The notes beneath the pieces were generated by a model that worked only from the letters and a program-made list of their open reading frames with translations, had not been told where the DNA came from and did not search any database. A DNA stretch of 64,000 nt from Eledone cirrhosa. Lineage: Eukaryota. The position numbers and the translations under genes are program-made. Shown piece after piece: positions 54,656 through 64,000 of this stretch. Within the stretch, counting starts at the first letter, position 1. Each line of letters starts with the position of its first letter. The stretch covers positions 66,092,001 to 66,156,000 of the forward strand of contig OZ024743.1 of assembly GCA_964016885.1 (NCBI GenBank), given 5' to 3'.

Positions 54656-54737
54656 GCCTTTACCGCGATTTCATGGTCAAGATTAAACGGAAAATCCAGG
54701 CGGATATTCATTGAGAAGGGAGGAATCTTCAGAAGGC
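54656..54737 (-). ncRNA. Type I hammerhead (copy 2, stems II/III decayed)
   Basis: Reverse complement: GCCTT-CTGAAGA-T...T-GAAA-TCGCGG-TA^AAGGC. Confidence 0.6.
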
Positions 54738-55160
54738 TCTTCTCCCTCGGAGGCACATATAGTAAGTACAGCGAATTTTTTGAAATTTATTTTAAAACTT
54801 TTTCTCTATTTGATAGACCTTGATTTTATATGTTCTGGCTTGTTAATTTATTAACCCGCCATAGAACCACATTGACATACGGTTGGATAATACTTGCTTC
54901 CCTATATGTATTTTTTTAGACGTAGGAATTCATACTTTATTATTATTAATCTCCCCCTAAGGTAGAGATAACATTTTGGCCGTTTGGATTGCTGCTATTT
55001 CTAGTGGCAGGACAATTACCTGTCCATCCTGCCTTTTGTCTTTGCACACGGCACCAGACAGAATTATTTCTTTCATCATCCGCTCTCATTTGGGAACGGT
55101 TTTGTATGGCGTCAGTTTGTGATTTGAACTCGGGAATTTTATATTCTCCGAGGGAGAAGA

Positions 55161-55242
55161 GCCTTCTGAAGATTGCTCCATTCTCAATGGAAATCCGCTT
55201 GGATTTTCCGTTTATTCTGGAGCATGAAACCGCGGTAAAGGC
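55161..55242 (+). ncRNA. Type I hammerhead (copy 3, best preserved; U10.1/U11.1)
   Basis: GCCTT-CTGAAGA-T-TGCTCCA...TGGAGCA-T-GAAA-CCGCGG-TA^AAGGC; cleavage after 55237. Confidence 0.8.
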
Positions 55243-55304
55243 ACATATAGTAAGTACAATGAATTTTTAAAAATTTATTTTAAAACTTTTTCTCTATTTT
55301 CTAC

Positions 55305-55391
<87 letters not shown>

Positions 55392-55575
55392 ATGTCTATC
55401 TGTCTAGCTCTCTGTCTGTCTATGTGTTTGTCTATTTCTAACCTATTCAATTAAATATTGACGCATTATCCGTTTTTCTAGCTATCTATCTATCAAATCA
55501 ATCAATCAATCTATCTATATATCTATCTATCTCTATCTATCTATCAATCTATCTGTCTGTCTGTCTATCTATCTC

Positions 55576-57588
55576 CTGGTGGGAGAAGCGCAGACATGCG
55601 CAATCCCGACCAGGTCCATACACGACAACTTCCACCTCATGCGATACATCATAGAGAGGGTAGGGTGTAAACCCGGCTTCGGTGGGGCCCTAATCAACTT
55701 GGATCAGTCTTAGGCTTTCAATAGGGTTGACCATCGTTACCTGGATGCGGTGCTCGAGGCGGCAGGCTTCGAACCCGTTTTCGGGGCTGGATTGCTGCAA
55801 TGCACAGCAGCAACATCTGCTCAAGGGTCAAGGTGAACGGTTACCCCTCGGAGCCGTTCCATATCACGCGATCCATCCGACAGGGAGGCCCTCTCTCCTC
55901 CCTTCTGCACGTACTGACTCTCGAGCCACTACAGCGGATGCTGGAGCTATTGCAGGGCCTCCCTTTGGAACCGGGACTGCGAAAAGCGGCGTCGGCCTAC
56001 GCCGACGACGTAATAGTAATGGTGTCGTGCGCCTCGCAAATCAGGGAGATCGGCACCTTGATAGAGGAATACGAAAGATTTACAGAAGCGAAGCTGAATC
56101 GGGACAAATCCGTCGGTTTGCAACTCGGAACGTGGAGAGGCAAACCGATGCCTTCCGATGGCGTCGTCGGACGCTGGACGGAAGGACCGGTAAAGCTGCT
56201 CGGGGTCTGGTTTGGTCCGGACCTCCACGTGGAGAAGAACTGGAACGAAGTGACGGCCAAGGTTTTTGCGCTCACCCAGAACTGGGCCGAGTGCAAACTA
56301 TCCTTGAAAGGTCGAGCCGAGGTGGCGAACACTTTTATAGCGTCCGTCATCTACTACTGCTTGACCGTCGTGCCTTGTCCAGCCAAAACGCTCACCAAAA
56401 TGGAGCGCGCGCTCTTCCAATTCCTTTGGAAGAAACGGGCTCCTTTGGTGAGAACCATCTGCTGCCAACACCTTTCAAACGGAGGGCTGGGAGATGCCGT
56501 GGCTGACGATGTGCAAACACGCGCTCAGGCTGCGGCACCTCCACGTATTCCTCACCAGACAACCGGTGTGGGCCCCGTTCGTGAGGCGAGCCTTCCCACG
56601 ACTCGTCTCGCTGACCTAGCTGCAGTCCTGGGTCAAGCAAAGACCGAGGAAAATGGGCGACTGGTACATCGAATGTGCTCAGGCGCTCACAGTCCTCTGG
56701 CAAACGGACCCGGCGATCAGTGGAGACTCCACTTCGACATTCTATAGAGAGTTGGTCCGCAGCAGGTGCGACGACACGCTCGCAGAAACTCTAGGCGTAG
56801 AGGCGGACGAACTGGCCAGTCTGTTCGGTACCAATGGACAATTTCCAAAAGTCCCTGGCCTGGCAGTGCTACCGAGGAGCTCTACTAGTTCGAGACAAGC
56901 TCTACAGACACGGCTTCCCGGGTAGGGACCCTTCGAAAAAGATCTGTCCGAGATGCGTGCGCGACGAGGAAATCGTCGCGCGCGCATTTGTACACTACCC
57001 GCGTGTTACCGACCTGTGGGGTTATGTAGAACGACTATTGTCACGGGTGGGACCAATCCAGTTGACCACCGAGTCCATTGTCATGATCAAACCGCCACCC
57101 TCCTTCAAAAACGAGGGAGAGGCGGTTTTCCTATGTGTTATGGCTATGGCGAAAGAGGTTATATGGTGGAAGAGGTTAAAAGGGCTGCGATCAGACACCT
57201 TTCTTTCCGGCGAGCAATTTATTCATTTTTTCAAATATTTTGGAAGAAGAATCAGGATTGACAGAGAGGTGCTGTACCCAAGCAAATTTTATAAAAGGTG
57301 GGTGAATGTGGCAAAGATGGCCCGAGTGGTTGGGCCTTCTCTCTATGTAAGCCTGTAGGTTGAGGAAAAAGAGGAAGAGAGGAATGGAGTACTCACTCTT
57401 GGCGCTCTTGAGGATGAGGGTTGTACATTTTTTCGGGGTGTGTACAATCCCTGTGTAACGCCTCCCCCTATTGGGGATTTCAATTGTTATTTGTTATTTT
57501 ATTAATAGTTTTATTTTCATATACCTGTATGTAAACTCCCATTTGTATTTGACCCCTTCTTTTGTGCCCTTGTGGCTAATAAAGAAAT

Positions 57589-57590
<2 letters not shown>
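55576..57590 (+). pseudogene. Tx1/L1-clade LINE ORF2 (RT + Zn finger), frameshifted, in (ATCT)n
   Basis: IRQGGPLSSLL, SAYADDV, LSLKGRAEVAN, CPRCVRDEE; AATAAA then (atct)n; the 5' flank is also ATCT-rich. Confidence 0.92.
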
Positions 57591-57635
<45 letters not shown>

Positions 57636-58997
57636 CCTTTCCATCTGTCTTTATTTTTATAATATGTCCATCCTCGTAAACTTCACTTTCACGATAATGA
57701 AGTTATTTATCATAAAAACAATTTGATCTGAAATAAAAAGTTATTCGTTTAAAACCTCAATGTTATATCTGTTGTAAGATATTTACTGTTAAATATATTT
57801 ATGAGTTTCGTCGAAGAAAGCATGTAACTACGCTACAACTACTGATAAATTTTAACAAAACATTATTAAATTTGTGCTGAGTATTAGACTTAAGGAGGAC
57901 AGCTCACACCTATGCAGGTTTAGCTGACCTCCTCCAAGGTATATCTCGTTGAAGGTGCCTTGGGTGATTTAATGATAAGTATCCCAGTCCTAACATCTCA
58001 TTTCTACAGCAGACTAAACTGGAGCAACGTAAAGTTTACCTTTCAACCATTCAAGGTCGATAAAAATGTACCAGCCAAGTACTGGGTCGATTCTTTTTCT
58101 ATATCTCTTTCTCACTTTCATTCTTTCACTTTCTATCATCCTCTGGAAAGAGTTTTCTGTATTCAGACCTGGAGGGGGATAGGCTCCACCATGTTAAAAA
58201 ACACAACAAAACAATATTCTAGAAATGCCGTATGTCAACGACTCCCTCGGGGGTTATGGCACCATGGAGGATGCATAAATGCATTCTTTCTTGATCTGTA
58301 GCTAACTGTTAAAATGTGGAAGGATCGTTCGTAAACAAATTTAATTTAAACTATTAGATATTTTCACGTTTCATTCACAGTTTTGTCCGCGAGGTGCAGT
58401 CGAAACCCACTCTGACCTAGGTGAAGTGTCTGTCAACCTCTCCCCTTTGCCCTTTCTTTTTTCAGTTGTTCTATGAGTCCTTGATCTTTTCCTCCTTTTC
58501 CTCTCATTTATGGTATTTATAGTCCTTTCGAATGCTGCTTTCTATTTCTGTATGTTTGACCAATTTAGAATTATATCAACAAAAGATTATATTTTTTGTT
58601 ACATTTTCACACGTAACCTATAGAGATATCTGGTGACCTTGGCCCTAGGATCACATCCCTACTCACCACCATCGGTACGGAGTTTGGCTACCCGAAGGTG
58701 TGATCCTCGCGAGCTGGAATGGCTTTTCTAACGCGTCTCACCCATCATCCTCCGGGGAAATGCCTTGTCTATTCTGTCCGCCAGAACAGCGGGGCGGCCA
58801 GCGCGTTGCCCTTTATTTGCTTATAATAGTGAGAGATGGGGAGAGCGAGAGAGACGGAGGCAGTGACTATACCAGCATTGCTGAAGTATTTTGTAGAGTT
58901 AAAGGTTAAGTAATTTTATGATAAATAGGTAGATTTCGGTCCCCCCTCCCCCCACACCTACCTACTCAGTGCTTCACCTATATGTATATTTGAAATT

Positions 58998-59420
58998 TTT
59001 TTTCTACCATTGGCACAAGGTTAGCAATTTGGGAGAAGGGGAAAGTCGATTATATCACGCCAAGTAGTTAACATTATGGATGAAAATGAAAGGAAAAGTT
59101 GCCCTAGATAGTATTTTAATCCAGAACACAGCCAGCCGTAATTAAACATCGCATAGAATTTAGTCCGACGCTCTACCGATAATGACAATCTAGCTCTCTC
59201 TTTTTCATATTTAATAACTGTTTCTATTTTTGATTTTTGACACAAGGCCAGCAATTTGAAGGGAAGGGGAAGTCTACTAAATCTACTTCAGTACATTACT
59301 GGTACTTTATTTTATCGATCCCGTAAGGATGAAAGGCAAAGCTAACCTCGGCGAGATTTGAACTCAGAAGGTAAAGGGCCGTAACTTTATGCTGCGAAGC
59401 ATAGTGTCCGACGCTCTAAT
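58998..59420 (-). mobile_element. Two diverged tRNA-derived SINE copies
   Basis: cacaaggccagcaattt...ggatgaaaggcaaag signature. Confidence 0.72.
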
Positions 59421-60487
59421 TGTTTCTTTATTGGCCACAAGGACCTACATATAGGGAACAATCCAGCGCCCTATTATGTATATTTAACAATGAGTTTGAT
59501 ACAATGTCGCAGCACACTGGGCAAATGTTTTTTACTTTAGACTTTGAGTGAAATTTTTGAACGGGAAGTGTGAATGTACGATTGTACTTGTACTTCAAAA
59601 AGAGATTCAGTAAAAAAGACGTTAAGTTTACCTGAATATTATGCTAAGGTGTTAAGTGTTTGTGTGAAATACTAATCCACTTACACAATATTACAATGAC
59701 TACAATGTAGTTCCGTTGATAGAACAATTGAACTTCTCACTGTTGAAACAGATGGGAGGCCCACTTCTAACAAACTCAGTATAGCCAGCTTATTCAGCAT
59801 ACCATTGTGTAATTAATCAGATAGTATGAAACTTTATGGATATTTAAACCCAATTTCCGTAACCTCATCCAGCCATATAACCTCACTGATTGTTGTCTCA
59901 CTTTACACTAAATGTACTGCCAGATACTGAAATGTAAAAGCTTAATTTTCACATTTCTTTTATTCATTTATTTATTCATGTTTATCACTAATATCTAGAA
60001 ACGAACAAAGAGAAACAACAAAGAAAACAGTTCTGATGTGTCAACTGTAACGACACCAACGACATCAAGAACAATTATGAAATTGTTTCCCAAGATGCTA
60101 AATGTCAGAAAGTAATTTTCATGTTTCAAAACTCCACATATCACATATACAACAACATTTATAAATGAGACGTCTAAAGTAGCAATTAACGAATATGAGC
60201 CATGATTAAAAAGTCAAACGAGATTTTCAATTAACAATATTCGAATGTACTGAAAGCTGTAGAGCAAAGAATAATCTTCTGGATATCTGGGTCTGTGAAT
60301 CGGTTTCAATTCCCAGATCAAACCACTTCATTTTCAAAACAACATTAGAATTTGGTTTGTCACTCTCTGACAGAGAAAAACAATCACAAGATTGTTTCTC
60401 TCTGCCACCACTAGAACGAAAGGGTGACGATGGCCACCTAAAAACATAGCGTAATGAGGCTGTTTGCTTGCAAACGAATCGAAAATT

Positions 60488-60678
60488 GATTGGCAGTATC
60501 GGTGGAGTGCCGGACGCCATGCTTTGTAGCATAGAGTTACGCCCCTTTACAGTCTGAGTTCAAATCACACCGAGTTTAACTTTGTCTTTCATCCTTACAG
60601 GGTCGATAAAATAACGTACCAATAATACACTGGGATAATTGCTGGCTTTGTGCCAAAAGTAGAAACAATTATTATTAT
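60488..60678 (+). mobile_element. tRNA-derived SINE, full copy, plus strand
   Basis: TGGCAGTATCGG, GAGTTCAAATC, tail gtagaaacaattattattatt. Confidence 0.88.
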
Positions 60679-61227
60679 TCGATATAAAACTCACGAATTA
60701 ACTTCATTTCCCTTAATCAGCTAAAGGTTCTGGGGAAAAATATGGCCTTACAAACATCTTATGTTACATTTCTCTCTATGTTTTGTTAAGAAAAACTGAA
60801 CTGTAAATAAAATGAGGGAGTTAGCTGAGTCATTAAGAGCCTCGGATTAGAAATATTTCGGTATTTGTTCCGACTCAATGCGTTCTCAGTTCAAATCATG
60901 CCGTGGTCAAATCTTCCTCTATATCTCAGTTTTTTTTTGATCACTCTACACTTCTCTGGAAGAAATTGGGTGTGTTCAGACATGGTGAATTAATGAGCTC
61001 CTTCACATTTAAAATCAGCCCTTCCGCCACCAAAGAAAACGTTGTTTGTTATTACGGTCACCCTATGACACCACCAAGAGTTATGGGCCTATACATAGGT
61101 TTCACAGAGGTGTGGGAGTGTCGTGCAAATGTTAGTTTAAAAGAACGAGTGAGAGGACAGGATTTTGTGATACTTCATTTTGGAAAATTGGAATTTTAGA
61201 ATGATTCTATATATATATATATATACG

Positions 61228-61292
<65 letters not shown>

Positions 61293-61570
61293 GTTTAGGT
61301 TGTGCCTTGAAATCAATTTGTTTTAAACCAATATACATATACATTAATCCCGTTAGCTTAAATGAATCTTAAATATCGGGAGTGCCCAACCTCCCAGTGT
61401 GAACCTGTATAGAGAGACTTAGCATGAATTATTTTTGCCTTTGTTACTTTAAATATAGTTTTTAAAAAAATTGAAGGCTTAGCGGCTAGACATATTATGA
61501 GACAAGAATAAACTGCAGTTTATATAGATTTAGTGCGCAAAACATTCGCTGCAGATGTTTATTTTCATAT

Positions 61571-61760
61571 AATTGTTTCTACTTTTGGCACAAGGCTAGC
61601 AATTATCCAAGTGCATTACTGGTACTTTATTTTATCGACCTCGTAAGGATGAAAGGCAAAGTTAACCTCAGCGGGATTTGAACTCAGATCGTAAAGGCCC
61701 GTAACTCCATGCTGCAAAGCATGGCGTCCGACCCTCTAACGATACTGTCAATCCACCGCC
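61571..61760 (-). mobile_element. tRNA-derived SINE, full copy
   Basis: Family signature. Confidence 0.88.
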
Positions 61761-62029
61761 CTATTGATTTTTATATAATGCAATCTATACAATATATAGC
61801 ATATCTTTTTCTCATTACCGAGTAAGCGTTAGTGAAGATAGATAAGCATCCTGAAATACAAGGTTCTGGCGTTCTCATATGTGACATGATCATACATTAT
61901 TCTCATATGTGACATGATCATACATTAAAACATCCATGGAGAGACTTATGTATATTTGTTTTACATAAATATATTGTACATGCTTTCATACACGCCTCTA
62001 TTATGAATCAAACAATGTTAGAGCTACTG

Positions 62030-62131
<102 letters not shown>

Positions 62132-62430
62132 AATTTTAGTACAGCATCAACGAAGCTTTTGGCTGCGGCCAAGCTAACGAATGCAGATTCGGAATGCAGC
62201 TTAGCATTCGATGGAGAATATTACCCCAGAGTTATAACAATACGTTTAGACAGCTTTGCAAATCAAATATAGCGACCGACAGTCTGGCCGCATTGCCATA
62301 GCAACGAGAAAAACTGAACTCAGGAAAAGATTTTGACTATATATATATATACATATATATTAACAGTAGCTCTAACATTGTTTGATTCATAATAGAGGCG
62401 TGTATGAAAGCATATATATATATATATATA

Positions 62431-64000
62431 AAAGAGAAAACAAGTAAGCATTAAGAGAAGGATTTTATCCAGGTATTTACGACCGTTTCATTGGTAAGTG
62501 CAACCTTATATTGCTATACTGCAAATAGCAGCCACTCAATTAAAATTGTTGTTCACGTCCAAATTTTCAAAATAGTGAGTAAGTTACTCTTGAAGTAGTT
62601 CTTAATATATAGAGAAAAACATTTTTTTGGAATTGTATTTACTAGTATAGAGAGAGAGGAATCAGAAGGTGAGGGGACAAACAGAATAGTATAGAGAGAG
62701 ACGAAGGGGGAGAAGAGTTAGGAAGTAGAGTGACAAACTGAGATGGAGGGAGGGGTAGAGATGGAAGGATTCCTTGATCAGTTTTGATATGTAGACTTCA
62801 TGTCGTCGAATGTAGTGAGTTAAAGAGAACTAAATTGATCATAGTGGGAGGGATGGAGAGAGAGAGAGAGAGGGGGAGGGAGATATAAAGAGATAATATA
62901 TATATATAAAAAATAAAGATAAAGATAATAATGACGAAAATAAAAGCAAAGAAGGGGGGAGAAAGAAGAAAAGAAAAGATAGCTAAAAAGGGGAGGGAAG
63001 GAAGGAAGAAAACGAAAAAATAGAAGAGGAATGAAGGAGAAAGGAGGATATAGGTATTGGTTTTTGTGGGTAATTAGAAGGGCTTAGATACAATAAGAGG
63101 GTACAAAGTCTAAGCATATGCAGTTTGTCAGTTGGTAGTAAGAGGTTGAGGGTTCGATTTGCACTTGTAGTGCGAAAACTTTTCTTTGAGTCTATGGTTA
63201 CAATAAATTGATCTTTCGATTTTATTATTGAGTAACTAATTCTTCGAACTCAAAATGTGGAACAGCTCAAGGTCACATAATCGACAGCTTCTCATACCAC
63301 TCCGATATGGGGGCGCGTTCGATAATTTTTTCCACTTCAGGGTGTATTGATGGTTACTTTCCCTCAGTTGCCAGGTCTTGTTTGCAAGGGTAGTTACATA
63401 ACGATGCCGGGAATGTTTCATTGCTTAACGGTGTGTATTCCAACGGGCTTTAAATGAATTCCCAGTCGCTCCGTTTCTGGTTGTCTGATTCCACTGTGCA
63501 TTGGTAAACCAGGTTAGACTGCATACATTCATTATGTAATGGACAGGTTTCAGGTAGGTGGCAGTTACAATTCTTGTCATGGGCAACTTTGGCATTATTG
63601 GTGGGCTGCGATGCCTGTACAAGTGTGTTACATTTTGTTTGCCTATTAGTGGGTGGTTGTGTATTAGATATGCTGTTGTGTTCAATGGTGATTGTATTGT
63701 TATTGTTGTAAATTTGTGTTCTGGTGTTGTTATGTATCTTTTTAGCGTTAAGCATCTTAATGTGTGCCTCTATATTTGGTGCCGTGGAGTAAGATAGTCT
63801 AATAGATTTAGTGTTAAGGATTTTGCTGTATCTATGTGAATCTGGAAAGTGCTTATTTATTATTCTAAAGAAGGTAGAGGGTAGGTTAGTACTAATAGAG
63901 GTGTTAAATGTGGGGTTATACCAAATATATTTTCTACTGCGTGACTTGTTTGATTCCGATATTGTATTTCTATTTACCGTATACTTTGTAGTTCTATGCG
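62431..64000 (-). mobile_element. PLE 3' part (Naiad-like, inferred), degenerate, continues beyond the window
   Basis: Manual translation WYNPTFNTSISTN..KHFP..KILNTKSIRLSYS, then CNCHLPETCPLHNECMQSNLVYQCTV, FKARWNTH, CRLCDLE; long 3' UTR with an HHR. Confidence 0.87.
62474..62574 (-). ncRNA. Type I hammerhead, U3-A8 plus U10.1/U11.1 variant
   Basis: Reverse complement: TATT-TTGAAAA-T-TTGG...CCAA-T-GAAA-CGGTCG-TA^AATA, near the PLE 3' end like the 13871 motif. Confidence 0.58.

Larger units (their letters stand above)
53978..55300. mobile_element. Non-coding hammerhead-bearing element, 487-nt monomer: ~1.6 copies on minus joined head-to-head to ~1.1 copies on plus
   Basis: Tandem period 487 (54169 vs 54656); inversion junction at 54751-54752; three HHR copies; (TA)n flanks. 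Confidence 0.88.

Noticed and set aside
59686-59926. Minus-strand segment bounded by a good acceptor and a GTAAGT donor
   Set aside because: Stop codons in all three frames; could be a non-coding or dead exon but is unsupported.
61825-61873. Hammerhead-like fold with stem I, GTGAAGA and T-GAAA
   Set aside because: C3 is replaced without compensation and stems II/III are broken; probably a decayed copy.

Overview
AT-rich eukaryotic DNA that is almost entirely microsatellites and transposable elements. The SINE and LINE types suggest a coleoid cephalopod, probably Octopus (inference from recalled repeat sequences). No host gene could be confidently identified, and nearly all listed ORFs are microsatellite artefacts. 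Real coding remnants are: a near-intact ~4.1-kb Penelope-like element (PLE; RT + GIY-YIG, one frameshift, long in-frame Asn-rich insert) at 49513-53800; several truncated PLEs of two clades; Tx1/L1-like, R4/Dong-like and RTE-like LINE fragments. There are also ~25 tRNA-derived SINE copies, two non-autonomous Helitrons and two MITEs. The main hidden signal is about 20 type I hammerhead ribozyme (HHR) motifs, found by eye, in at least 12 sequence families. Many sit in short non-coding units of 320-525 nt inserted into (TA)n tracts as 1.1-1.6-mers, usually with an inverted 5' arm, the same architecture as the autonomous PLE. In two units the sense arm starts at, or 1 nt after, the predicted self-cleavage site. 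Several ribozymes carry recurrent core variants (U3-A8 covariation, U10.1/U11.1). Four families share a MEF2-like GCTGYTATTTYTAG motif 127-175 nt upstream of the core. Together this points to a diverse retrozyme-like (possibly circular RNA) system mobilised by PLEs. All folds were read manually; no folding software or database search was run.
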